DNA of 64,000 nucleotides, filler included, from Perkinsus olseni (Eukaryota): NCBI GenBank assembly GCA_013115125.1. It is 20 parts of 20 records of this genome, joined end to end, with 100 filler letters (N's around TTAATTAATTAA, not from the genome) between each part and the next. Parts side by side here need not be neighbours in the genome. Positions count along the whole stretch, not along the records: positions 35,930 to 39,029 come from JABANN010001456.1; positions 39,130 to 42,226 come from JABANN010001457.1; positions 42,327 to 45,381 come from JABANN010001458.1; positions 45,482 to 48,522 come from JABANN010001459.1; 16 more parts are not named here. One strand, 5' to 3'. Shown piece by piece: positions 35,930 to 48,622 of this stretch (position 1 is its first letter; each line of letters starts with the position of its first letter). The notes under the pieces were generated by a model. It saw only the letters and a program-made list of their open reading frames with translations, ran no database searches and was not told where the DNA came from. The position numbers and the translations under genes were made by a program.

Positions 35930-38900
35930 ACTTCCTCGGGCAGGTCTTCCTCATGGGGCTGTGAAGTCGGGAAGATTTGAATAATCCTACACGACCGCAG
36001 GGGCCTACCCAGGTGCCATCCTCACTCGTGAAGCCAGGGCCAGCTATCATGACCAATAATATCCTGCGAAGGGCCAAGCGCACAGCAGAGAGGTTATAGT
36101 CAAAGGCCCCGAATGCTGAGGACGTTGAGGGAGAGGTAACTGATGGTGGAACAGTGGAGGCGAGCCAGTTGCCTCGGAGCCTCACTACGGGCCTCATCTT
36201 CGCTATCCTCTTCTGGGCTGCTGCATGTGTTGGATGGAGTAGAGGAGCCAGCACTGATGGCCGGTGAGCTAGACCCATACCAATCGCTAGGAGATGGTGA
36301 ACACTCGGTAGCGGTGTCAGTGGTAATCTTCTCAACTCCAATGGCCAGGTTACGATCGCCTCTCGTCAGGGCTCCCAGTCGTACCAACCGCCGTGCAACT
36401 GCCGAGACGAAGCGGAGCTCGCCAAGGAGGGTCGTGACCTGATCCGCTGCGCTCCTCCTGCAGTGGCCTTCGGGGCTGTGCTCACCAAAAGAACGTAGGA
36501 GGGCGGGGAAAGCTGGTTGGTCCTATGGACTCGACCGAGCTGCTGGACAGTCTTCTCGGCACTCCAGGGCAGCTCCAGCGTGATCATCACTCGCTGTCTG
36601 CAGACGACCAAGTAAACAACTGAAGGACCGAAATCGAACGACCTGGTCCCGCTTCCTGCCCTTGCGTCTGCGTGCAGTGATATTCCAGCACTGGCCGCCT
36701 CACTGATGACAGCAACTAGCTTATCCCCACGCTGGAATGCCTGTTGCTCCTGAACCCATGAACATCCCCGGTCTAACGGCATGAACAGCCCTTACAAGGA
36801 CATTTATGTTCTCGCCCGAGTAGTTGGTCTGGCGAGGCACTAGTCTAACCCTCCCACTGCTGTCAACCTCTTGACGCTTGGTCCTGCCGGTAAGCTCTGC
36901 CACTTTGCTAGACCCGCCCATGAGCTCGATGAGCTCATCCAGGGGGTTCGCGGGCAGCTGCAATTCAGCCGCCTGGGAGAGGTAGAATTGGCAGAGTGAC
37001 GCGTCCTTCTCTTCAAGATGCTTTTTTATAGTATACTCCAGTAGGGTACGGGGGCCTGATGACCCGATACTGTACAGAGGACCTCCTCCACATCACCATC
37101 GTAGTACGATGATCGTACCGAGCTTCTCAGCCAGGCCGGCATCTACCTTGTCACCGCCGCCGTCATCAACACCGGCAGCAGCTGCGGTCATTCGGGACTC
37201 CATAGTCGTCCATATCGAGAACACCACAGACTTCCCCGCCTTCAGCGCACTGTTAGCCCACTTTACCGCAGTAGGGAGCTGAACAGGAGGGGGTGATGCC
37301 ATGGGGGGTGCGGGGTTAGACTACCTTGAAGCTTATGAGGAGTATCTTGAAGAAGCGCTGGGCATTGGCGTAGAGGGTCATCCCAGTAAGGCTGCCGCTA
37401 GGTAGGGATATTATATCCTGCCATAAACCCGAGCATCGGTCGTACAGCCGTACCTGATGGAGACAACTAGCCAAACCCTCCGGTGGTCCTAGCCGCCTAC
37501 CTGCTCATCAGTGAGCGGTATCTTATCAACATGGAAAGCAGTCCCTTTGAAGCTGAGGCAACGGGCCACCATGATCCCCCGAGCCTTCATCTCCGCAGCC
37601 AACGCCTCCATCCCGGAGGTACCACCCAGTCTAGCAACATTATGGAAGGCTTCGAAATCCTGAACACATGCTGGCTGATGACGGGAGAGGAGGAGTCCGC
37701 TGGTACTACCTGGAAAGGCGTGTGAGGTCCCCACAGCCCCAGCCTCTCAAGGTAAGCTAAGTTGTCCAAGTCAGCCGCTACAGTAGCACTGCAGTAGAGG
37801 AAGGGAGCGGTAGGCAACCTCCGGCTCAGTTCGAGTATCAGATCACCAGTCCTGGAACTGGTCTTACGGCCGGGCACCTGAGGTCGGTGGATGCTCAACA
37901 CAAGTGGAAAGATACGCCCTCACTTTGACATGCTTGGCTTTATGGCATTCATCGAGACAGACGAATGCATGACCTCCCCGCAGCCACTCCAGGAGTTGGT
38001 CGAATCGGCTCTTGACGGCAGTGGACTGAGGCGGTAAGGCACGGCCTGCCACTCAGCGCCAGGCTACGCGTTGGGTATACCTTCCTTGCCGCCTTAGTCG
38101 ATGGTGATGAGGTTGCCACTAGAATGGCGTAGGCAGCAAAGACTATCCCTTCCCCGCCCCACTCCGCTTCAGCAGGCCCCTCAACCTCCTCTAACTTCCT
38201 CTTTCCTCTCTTCAATGACTCCTGTGGCGATGAGGAGCCTTTCTTCCGACCGTGGTGATGGTGATGGTGTATATTTTTCTCCTTCGTTTGGTCAGTACCC
38301 CTTCCCTCCTCCTTCGCGGCTTCCCCCTCCACCACAATGGCATCCATCTCGACTTTCCCATCCGCAATTTCCCCCTCCTCCTTGACAGTGTTTTTACGGT
38401 GATGCCCTTTGCTCCTCTTCCCCGTCCGCGTACGGCTCCCTCGTCCACTACTGCTACTACTACTGGGGGAGCTGCAGCCCACACGATTGCTGACCTCTTC
38501 CTCCTCCGCCGCACTACCCTTGCCCTTCTTGACCCTCTTTGCCTTCCGCTCCCCTGAGGCCTTCCGTGGGCGTCCTCTCCCCTTCGGTGGCCTCCAAGCC
38601 CCTATGCTAGTACCTACCACAACCTACCACTCCACTTAGCAAACATCCCCCGGCTCCTACTGTATCTATGGACTCTGCGGAAGTCAAGAAGTGGTATATG
38701 GCCAGCGCCTAGGTCCTGCAAGTCCCGTCTAGCGTCCTGCAACAGATCTGGTGTGGCTGTTATCCAGCACAATCTCCGGTAACCCGTGTTCCAGAGATGC
38801 AGCATCAATGCAGCTACCACTCGACCCTTCCCACATCTGAATAGGGACGAGGGAGGCAGGCTCTACCACCACCACTACAAGGACCCACCCAGTGCCGTCT

Positions 38901-39029
38901 CCTAGACAGAATCCCGAGGGCTTCTGTGCCTCAGCGTCGACTCTGAACTTCCGGACTGCATAGGCGACCGCCTCCAACTGCAGGGAGGATATCTTACCCG
39001 ACTCAACCAGGGCCTGACTCAGCACTAGT
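35930..39029 (-). CDS. SBNO: Strawberry notch homolog, multi-exon, both ends off contig
   Basis: ISSLQLEAVAYA, GFCLGDGTG|CGKGR, DARRDLQDLGA, LDECHKAK, YCSAT, YLERLGLWG, LPANPLDELI, VAELTGR, ISEAASAGISLHAD, TLELPWSAEKTVQQLGRVHRTNQ, LGALTRGDR. Confidence 0.95.
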
Positions 39030-39803
39030 NNNNNNNNNNNNNNNNNNNNNNNNNNNNNNNNNNNNNNNNNNNNTTAATTAATTAANNNNNNNNNNNNNNN
39101 NNNNNNNNNNNNNNNNNNNNNNNNNNNNNCCTGAAGAATTCGAGGAAGCTGAAAAAAGAATTTACGGGCGAAGCAAGTATGCTTGCCGATGGCTGTCTGC
39201 AGTTGGACCTGGTAGACAACTGGTCACTGGGATTCTTTTCTCTTAAAATGTTCCTTGAACAAAATCTCTTCTCTCCGGACTCGGTGCGTATCTGCCCGAT
39301 GCCAGAAGCCTTCTGGTCTTTGGTTCTCTCCCCACTAGATACGGATGATGATGATGAAGATGATAACAAGACAGCTGAGTCAGTAGCCTTACCGCTCACC
39401 AAGGTTACTGGGGCCCATTAGCTGGAGCCCATCCCTCTGATGAAGCTTTCCTCGCGTTAGGGAGCCTTACGTCCGGCATTCCGGGTCTGTGTATGCCGGC
39501 GAGACTCAGGGTTGTCGTTGTGCCCCTTTGAAGGGCTATTAAGTTCATCATTTATCAATGCTGTCCTTCATGTTTTGTACTTGGTGTGGATGTTGATGTC
39601 AACAACAAGATTGAGTTGCAGTAGGGGTGGCGATGGCGTGGTTGGTACGTGTTCTTCAGACATAACGTTCTTCTCCGAGGCCTCTCAGTGCGCCAGGCAG
39701 GTCAGTCTCAGCCACGCTAGAGAAGGATGCCAAGCAATTGCTCTTCTTGCTACGATTTCAGTTCTCGTCATCCGTGGTTTAGCGGAGACAAAAGTGAATC
39801 AGG

Positions 39804-42226
39804 TTGGAGTATCCTTCTGGGCGGTGCAGTGACAATGGGAGTCTCGAACGCGTGCTCGGGAGAAACGACTTCCGCCGGGAATTGTCGTCGAAGGTTGCTT
39901 GCGGCAGATTTGTTGCAGATAGGAGATTCCGATCCGATCGGACCGATCGTTACCCAGCTGCTTTTGCTCATGTAGTGAACAGTATTGAGAATAGTGTTCT
40001 CTTGCCTCCCAGCAAGAGGCATGAAGGAGAGCTCGGTTCAGCATCCTGTGGCATGGCGAACTTCGTATCTCAGTATTTCCCTGATTCTGTCATGATCTCG
40101 ACTGCGAAGGAAGATACTACCGAGAGCCCTCGTTATGGTTCTATGGAGAATAAGCCACGGGGGAATCTCTCGAAAGCGATACGACCTTTGAATTTGCACT
40201 GCTTGGATTCGGCACGGTAGTACTGGGCGCATGGGGACGGCATTTTACTCGAAAGACTCTACCAAGTAACAGGGGAGAGCTCCTTGTCGTTGTGGGGAGC
40301 CCTCAGGTCGCGAGACCCTCCGCCATCAAGCCACGACCTTCCCCGACCGAAGCGAGCATCAACTCGCGGCACTTTGGACGGGTTCGCTATCCTGGAGGCT
40401 ACGGGTGCAGCAAAGCTCCCGGAAGATGTTATGAGCGTCTCCCTGGCATCTCGCCAGGTAATGTGGCGAGCTGAAGTCGTGGTGTGAGATGGCTCCCTCT
40501 CGCTGTCCTTGCTTTTCAGTTGAAGACAGTTGTTACCAAGGACTTGGTATATTTCCGGAACCTGGATACCCTNNNNNNNNNNNNNNNNNNNNNNNNNNNN
40601 NNNNNNNNNNNNNNNNNNNNNNNNNNNNNNNNNNNNNNNNNNNNNNNNNNNNNNNNNNNNNNNNNNNCCCTCTCGCTGTCCTTGCTTTTCAGTTGAAGAC
40701 AGTTGTTACCAAGGACTTGGTATATTTCCGGAACCTGGATACCCTTGATTTATCGGACAACCGTCTATCGAGCCCTGAGATGCTGCTCAAGGTAAGGGAG
40801 AGGGCGAGTGGGTATGCTCCTGGTAGCTATCAGCTGCCATGGTGAGACATTCAAGTCCCCGAGAGAACCCTCTGAGTGGACCACTGTAGGGTCCAGACCT
40901 GTATCGTGCTTTCCTCGATCAAGTGGCCCTTGACCGTGTCGCTGATGATTGCTACGGCCAATAAGCGTACCACTGGCAGCTCCCATGGAGCACTGTGCGA
41001 GGCCTGAATCATTTCCTTAACATTTGCAAATGTCAGACCTGTCGTTCGTGCCGGGCCTTGCCTCAGTGGTAGTTCCCTGTTCAGCTAGGTAACCTGAGGA
41101 AGCTCAGGGTGCTGTCGTTGAGTTGCAACAGTCTCGCGACGCTTTATACAGAGTAAGGGAATAGCCATGCAGGCATTACCCTCTTCCGCAGGCATTATAG
41201 CTGTAGGCTCCCGCGTCCTGATCGATGCTCATCGGAACTCCCACGAGGAGAGTCGCTGCTGCCGAATCTTGAGGAGCTCGACCTTTCCTTCAACGACCTC
41301 CGGGAAGATACTCTTCTCAATGTATCCGTACGGGTGTAATTGGTCTCTTTCCGTGATGCTGGAAGACTCTCCCTCGCCCATCTCTAGCGTCCACAGACGA
41401 GGTTACGATGAGACTGTGGTAACGGCAGGTTAGGTTTCCATGTTTCTCTCTCAGCTAACCGTCTTTACTCGTCTCATCAAGCTGAACATGGCACACAACT
41501 GCGTAGCCAGCATACCAGTTCACTTGGTAGGGCGACCAGCTTGCGGTCGTTTCTCAGACAGGCCTTGGTGTAGTAGCTCTCAACGTTCTTCATACGCTCC
41601 ACGTTTCTCGTTTCGGGCTATCGATTATGATATTCTCAGGCCGCATCCCCAAATGACTTTCCTTTCCTCACCGACCTCAACTTGTCACATAACGACCTCG
41701 TGCAGTACGACCAGTGGAAGCCTCTGGAGGGTCTGCCACGACTGGAGACCCTCTCACTGGCTCACAACAGAATAAGGTTCACGCGGGCGCTCGCATCATC
41801 CATTGTGTACGACGTTATGGTATTGTATATAAACTTAGTACAGCCCTGCGCGGAGGGGAAGTGATCAAATTCCTTTCGTTGCCTGTTTCGCTGTTCTTCG
41901 GGGTATCCGAGGGTCCCTGGGTGATGCCCGGTCCATCCAGGCGTGTCGAGCCTATCGACGGCGTGACAGAAGAGGCTAGAAGTAAGAGGGTGAACGACGT
42001 GTTCCGAACATTGAAGTGGCTGGACCTGAGTGGCAACGAGTTAAGAGACGTAGTAGTGGGTGGGGATCGAACCAGGGACCTTGGGAGTACTGAATCCGTG
42101 ACGTTCCCTCCTCAGCTGCCGCGTCTACAAGAGCACCTATCGATGCTCACCGGGGCATGCGACAAGGCAGTGGTCGTGAAAGGTCGGGCGAGTTTACCCC
42201 AGGGCCACTTGTTCTCTCGGGTAGTG
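39804..42226 (+). CDS. Leucine-rich repeat protein (XRRA1-like), multi-exon; 5' end uncertain, 3' truncated
   Basis: Repeated LxxLxLxxN: LDTLDLSDN, LRVLSLSCN, LEELDLSFN, LIKLNMAHN, LTDLNLSHN, LETLSLAHN, LKWLDLSGN. Confidence 0.8.
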
Positions 42227-42541
42227 NNNNNNNNNNNNNNNNNNNNNNNNNNNNNNNNNNNNNNNNNNNNTTAATTAATTAANNNNNNNNNNNNNNNNNN
42301 NNNNNNNNNNNNNNNNNNNNNNNNNNTTGCGAGAGAAGATACAGGCTCCTTCCAGATAGCCCTGTCGTGTTCTGTCCAGTGACGGGGAGCTACGTAACAA
42401 GTTCACCACCGGCTATGCGCGAGAAGTTGGTCATCGTAACGCAGCTAGAACTAGTATCATCATCGAGAACCACTAGCTCGAGTAGTACAAAATTGTGTGA
42501 CTACGTCCCCTGCCGCGATGGTTTGACGGTCAAACCGAGTG

Positions 42542-42610
42542 GTAATGAGGGCCGTTGGCTTTACTGAGGGTCAAACTTTGACCCGCAGTAAAGCCAACGG
42601 CCCTCATTAC
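42542..42610. repeat. Palindrome with 34-bp arms, 1-nt centre, one mismatch
   Basis: gtaatgagggccgttggctttactgagggtcaaa C tttgacccgcagtaaagccaacggccctcattac. Confidence 0.95.
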
Positions 42611-43335
42611 ACAGGATGCTTGGTGTGCTGGTCAGGCTCTCGCGACCCCTCCTTTTGCTACGAGAGTTGCGGAAAAGCGGGCTCTCGCCGCCTGCAAGCG
42701 ATGCGGCATTATTGAGCGCCGCCATCGACCCCTAGACGCCGTGATCGCTGCAGTTCCGTCTTACATGATCCCCATTACATGTCAGCCATCATCGAGGCCG
42801 ATGCTGGCAATTCGCCGACGAGGCCGCTGAAAGCGAAGAGAGGCGGAGCTTGCTGTCAACGCGGTTGCCAACCCCGCCGGCAGGGACAGTCATAATGGTG
42901 ACGTCTTGGCGGGAGACGCTGAAGATAAGTGAGCCACTGTGTGCCGGGGCGAACTCGGATCATCCCCCATCTCCGGTTACTTGAGACGAGAGTTCGAACT
43001 CATCGATGCTGAGCGCGATGCGGCGGACGAGACGTTCCAACTCGAAGTTGAAAGAAACTCCTGGGAACGCTGATGTGATCTGCGTCCTCTAGAGTTCGTC
43101 AGCCTGTTAAGGGGAGACGCGCACACGGTGTACGGTACTGCACCGGTGGAGCACGCTAGCACGACAAGGACACCACGGCGAGTAGACCACTTGTGTGGTC
43201 TGTAGTGACATAGCGAGCCCAGGATGTGTGATGGTTGAGCACTGACAGGAATATGAATATGAATAATAGCGAATATGAAGCTCTGCTTTCTGAAGGATTA
43301 AGCGGTGCCGTGCCTCACAGGTTATTATCATAAGT

Positions 43336-43536
43336 ATGGCTAAGTCCTTTCTACCCCTGATCACCATTGTCTGGTTCGCCCTGCTATCTGGCCCTCCTCA
43401 GTGTGACGCCCAAGTTCCGAGGCCACGGCGGGGCCTCGGAAGTTCTACCTGCCCGCAAACCTGCAGTACATGCCAGCCAACTTATTACTGCGGGTTCACC
43501 TTGGACGCCTGGAGATGCATCTGTAGGCCCTCGTAG
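43336..43536 (+). CDS. Small secreted Cys-rich prepropeptide, defensin/toxin-like, 66 aa
   Basis: ATG after an AT-rich leader, hydrophobic signal, RPRR basic site, then GLGSSTCPQTCSTCQPTYYCGFTLDAWRCICRPS* with six Cys. Confidence 0.6.
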   Translation: MAKSFLPLITIVWFALLSGPPQCDAQVPRPRRGLGSSTCPQTCSTCQPTYYCGFTLDAWRCICRPS

Positions 43537-45481
43537 GCTCGAGCTACGACGCCCATGCGACTTGCGTACAATCCTTCGTTATTTTCTCCAACTATATACA
43601 GAGGAGACTCCGATCGGAAGCACTCGACAAGTTTGTATCACCGTTCATTTACGATGGCAAGTTCCATCAGCCCCGCCTGAAGCAGCGACCGCATGGCGAT
43701 CCACTACGCTCCGTCGATCAACTGATTCGCACCATGACAAGAATGTTAGAGCTAATCAATGATCTGCACTCTGTTATGGAGGATTGTTTCCGGGCATCGG
43801 TTCTACGACGGTGGCGACATTCTATGAGTCTTTCTCCTTTTACACTCAATGTGTTCGCGTGCTACTGCGCTGCACGCGCGTTTCGCCCGGGCCGCGCAAT
43901 GGTCATTTTCACTAGTCGGCCCCATCGAATAATAGTCCATGATAAGAGAGTCCCATATCTTTCTTCGTTGTCTATGTCTAGACAACGGGTCTTGCGCGCC
44001 ACCTCGTTCCAAGCAGGAACCTGAGTAGGCGTGCAAGCGCCATATTTGCTAAAATAGATCACTTAAATAGTCCATTACATTACCATTACATTCTTCCTAG
44101 TCCCGACTTATTCTTATTCAAGTAAGCCCTTTTATTGAGACCTTAATGGCACTGAGTTCAGTCCCAGGCGGCATAACCCCAGCAAAGAAGATGAACTTTC
44201 GCGTCGTTTCCCTGTGGCGCTCATCAACCACTAGACTGCCACGATTACCATGATACTTTTTACTACATCGGACCTACACTCACGATGAGTTGCCAAAGTT
44301 CGCTGTAGCAGCCTCATCATCCTCTTGTTTTAAGTGATAGTTAATGATGATCTACTCCGATCTACACCAGCATTGCCAACGGTGAGCTCGCAACTCCGGT
44401 GAACTCGGTGAACTATCCACAACAGTGTTCTCAGCAGGGCTCCGAGGGGTCACCCTCGCTGACTCCTTCACCCACCTTCACCAGAGTGAATACCCAACTG
44501 GTGCTACTCCGAGACTGCACCTTCGAGGCAGCTCTCATCGCAACGAGTCGTAGTAGGACCAGAATCATGTCACGTTCTGGTCCTACTAGATTGTCTGTGC
44601 TCGCATCCACTAAGAGCCCGGATGCTCTTCAATAATCGGTTGCTCCGTGAGCTCAGCATCGCGGAACAAATGATAAGCAACAGTCGACCTGTTTCTCTTC
44701 CGAAGCTCGACCGTCGCACTAACCTCGACGAGACTCCTCGCATGAGTGGTGCGATGCGGAGTCTTCCTCTTGGCACCTCATAAGCCCACCTTCAACAGGG
44801 CTACCAGCGGACTGCCGTCGCAGCTCGAGTGTTAGCCGCTGTTCAAAGCCAGTTGAGACAGTGAATTGGCGGTACCGTCGAAATGGGACATCAGGCGAAT
44901 GAGAAGGTCATTTTAGCGGCGGGACCAATGGTCAATGATATCCTAGGCTTATCTCACCATGAGGCAATTGCATGATCCATCCCGCCGAGAGGGACACCAA
45001 TTTCGACCAGACTCAGTAAAGGCAGCCTCACTCGCCAGATATATTTCTGAATGGTGTAGAGTCAGCGCGCAACTGCGTACGCGCTCATCACACAGCTAAT
45101 CGTTTGCCTGTCGTCGTCTACCGCCGGCCACGACACTTCTTCTTCCCTCTCATGTTGAGGCGCTTCCACAAATGGTATAGCCATAAGGAATAGCTTCCTA
45201 GCACATTCATCTTCACTATAGTGACATAAATCCCAACCTCGCTCTTTGTGCGCTTTTGCTGTTCGCTGTACGTGCGTTCGTCTCCGTTAACATGTGTCGC
45301 GGTACTGGCTTGGATATCACTTAGGGGAAACTCAACAAGCGGATGTCTTGTGCCAGAATAAGCCAATACCACTACCCTGGGNNNNNNNNNNNNNNNNNNN
45401 NNNNNNNNNNNNNNNNNNNNNNNNNTTAATTAATTAANNNNNNNNNNNNNNNNNNNNNNNNNNNNNNNNNNNNNNNNNNNN

Positions 45482-48378
45482 ACAGTGTCTTTAACGGGGC
45501 CAAGCCAATCGATGGAGAGGGCGTCATTGACAGCTAGGTGTACACGCGGGTTAATATGGGGATGCGTGTCGACCCACGCTCCAAGTCCTCGACTTCTCTG
45601 GCACCCTGGGCACTGCTTGAAGAAGTGTTTCACATCACGACGCATGGCCTTCCAGTAATACTTACCCTCCATAGCATTGACCTGATGTCGGGAGTTGCGG
45701 TGGCAGCATAGTGTGTGGAGAGCTGCGATAACGTCTTGACGAACACCATCCGGTACATATATAGCGCCCAGTTCGCCAGAGTCTCGGCCGACGTCCATAC
45801 GCAGAACAGGAAGCATCTCGCCGTTGTGGGTGTTCTCGTGCTGAAGAACGTACATAGCCCGCAGTTTAGCTCTCTCTGCCGGCCCGAAGGGCTCCGTGTC
45901 GAAGTTCTCTGGCATCTTGTGCTCGGCGCTGAGGATGCCCCGTAAGAAGCCACTGTAAGGGTCTTCTTGTTGAGCCCTTGCAATCATCGAGTGAAGGCCT
46001 GAAGCAGCCTCCTTCACCTCACTGTTGGTCGCCGACGCGAGAGAAGCGTCCACCGTTACATGGAAGAGAGAATGCTCCTCCTCAGCTTGATTAGGACCGC
46101 TGACCACAAGGTTGACAACGTCCGTAGAGCTCCGAGCTTTGCCCTGGTGAATGGAGTCGAGCCAAGCCTGCGCGTTCTCAATATCCACGACTGAGGGGTC
46201 CAGACCGCGGCTGAAGGGGTCGGCGATATTCAGCGCGCCAGGACAGTGTTCGAACAGAACCACTGGTGCTCCTTGTGCAAGTTGTGGCATTGCTTCCGCA
46301 ATGTCCAAGAGCAACCTCGCGGCCTTCAGGCTGTGGTTGAACTCCCAGGCGCTCCAGCTCTTCGGGATCTTACAAGCCTTATTGCCTTCTGTGTCATCCT
46401 TCAACCGGCGTAAGATCTTGTCGACTCTCTGCTTGACGATTAGTGAATCTGTGAAGACGCCAATCCTTCGGGTAGTGCTGAATGGGAAAAAGTCCCCGGT
46501 GACAAGTTGATAGAGCGACTCCAGCCCTCGTTCTAGAGCGAGATGCTCCTTACGCATAATGCTCCACGAACATTGGTTTAGTGGCACCAAGGATGAGTTA
46601 GCATAGAGAGGGTTAACCAGAGAGTCGCCGACAACACACCACCCTATAGCGTGGCTGCAGGCATCAGCATACAGGTTGAGACTGGTGAGCGTGTTGACGT
46701 AGCGAGGATATCGGCGATGATTGGCCAAGGCATTATACTCCTCGAGGATCTGGATGGTTTCCAACGACTCCTCCTTGCTGATAAAGTCGTCGAGCTTCTT
46801 GTTACGGATGTAAGCTTTCCTGAGGATAAGCTTCACCGACAGTAGCCTCCAGCTATGCAAACCGAGTATGTCGTGACAGAGATGTGCTCCCGAAAGAACT
46901 TCTCGAACGGTCAGCCGTCCGTTATCAGTGAAGTTCTTCCGGATATCCGTCAGATTGGCAGGTTTGGAGGCCACCGAGTCGTCAGCGCCCCAGACAATAC
47001 CAAGGCCGGACACCTCCTTCTCCTCCCAGTCGTACTTGGTCTTAGCAGGATGTACCAGTTGACCCACGGATGCGGCGGCTGTCTTGTCCTCTTCATGTAG
47101 CTGAAGTAGTTGTTGTTGACTCCCGTTGCACCCTGTGATGACGTCGTCCATATACTTAGCTCTGGCGACCTTCTTGTAGACCAAATACGCCCAACGACGT
47201 CGAGCTTCGCCGCAGTGTGACGTGTCTTTGACCTCCTTGGCATGACTTCGGCTTCTTGCTTCAGCAGTCTTCTTCTGCAATGCGAGCAAGAGATCCTGCG
47301 CAGCTCGACTGGGAGAGAGTAGAGCTTGTGGCTCCAGCCCCTCAACTTCCGCACTGTCCAGCTCAGAGTTGAACAACGCGTCCTGTATGATAGTCGATGA
47401 TGAGAGGGTTTGAAGACCATCTTCGCGCCTCAATCTGTTCTCAGTGTTCTCGTTGGCAACTTCAACGATGATAGACGAGCCGGCCTGCATCCCGCCCGGA
47501 GACGAGCGCGCTCCCATTGGCATACCCCGGAAGCGGAAGTACTCGAACGAACCGTCCTTAGGATTGCAGATGATGAAGGCGTGCGCCTTCCGGGTTGCAG
47601 TAGGGCACCGAAAGTTGAGGAATGCCTGACGTAGATCGGACCAAAGGACATGCTCAAACAACCTAGTGACCATCAGTGGCCCCAACAAGCTATTGTCAAT
47701 AGTCGGTGGGAGAGATTGAAGATCATTTGACCCTCGCCAATCAAAAACTGGCCTCAGGCGCGTACCCCGGGCCGAACCGTCTTTAACCACCGGAAAGTGA
47801 GTCGTGTAGTAATGGGCAGATCTTTCCGAATCTGGCACCGGCTCGATGTGCTGAGCAGTCTTGTAGTCTTCGGAAACCAGGTAGTAATCCTCGGCCAATC
47901 CTTTCTTCTCCAAGGTGGACTGGAGACGCCTAGCATGCCGTTGAGCAAACTCTTTGTTGTTGGAACTCGGTTCAGGTCTCCTGGACCAGTTGAAGTCCAT
48001 CATCATGCGCCACGCAGAATCCTCCACGTTTGAAGCCGGTTTGAATATCCCTCGATAAGTGCCGAGCGGACTCTTCAACACCTCCTCAAGTGATACTGCT
48101 TTCCTTTTCTTGGGTTGGCGAGCCTCCCGAGCGGAGAGAGAGTAACCCTCCTTGGCAGGAAGAATCATGTCGTAGGAGTAGTCGTCGTCCAGTACAATTG
48201 ATTCTAGCCTCGTCGTGGGACCATCATCTGGGATGGTTGTGGCGAGAAAGTTGACCTGGTCGAACAGGCTGTACTCCACCTCCTCGGGGTCTCCAGAAGT
48301 AGCAACGAAGTTCGTGTCGACTTTGTAAGGCTGCATGAGTCCACCCTCCACTCTCGCAAGGTACTGATTTGGAACCAA
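45482..48378 (-). mobile_element. BEL/Pao-type LTR retrotransposon pol (RT, RNase H, start of integrase), intact frame
   Basis: YYTTHFPVVK...TRLRPVFD, SDLRQAFLN, GMPMGARSSP, YMDD, LGIVW, YADAC, FTDS, HCPGALNIADPFSRG, HHCC zinc site (H..H..CPGC), SIDWLGP. Confidence 0.9.
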
Positions 48379-48622
48379 GCCAGTAGAGCCCGTGACCCCG
48401 TCAGGAGTGAAAATAAGGCCAACACGTAGGAGCTTGAGCCCACTGACCCCAACCTAGGCACACTCGCAGCAAAGCCGCTAGACGTGCGATCTCGAGTTAG
48501 GCACTCATTGTGTTGCGATGGANNNNNNNNNNNNNNNNNNNNNNNNNNNNNNNNNNNNNNNNNNNNTTAATTAATTAANNNNNNNNNNNNNNNNNNNNNN
48601 NNNNNNNNNNNNNNNNNNNNNN

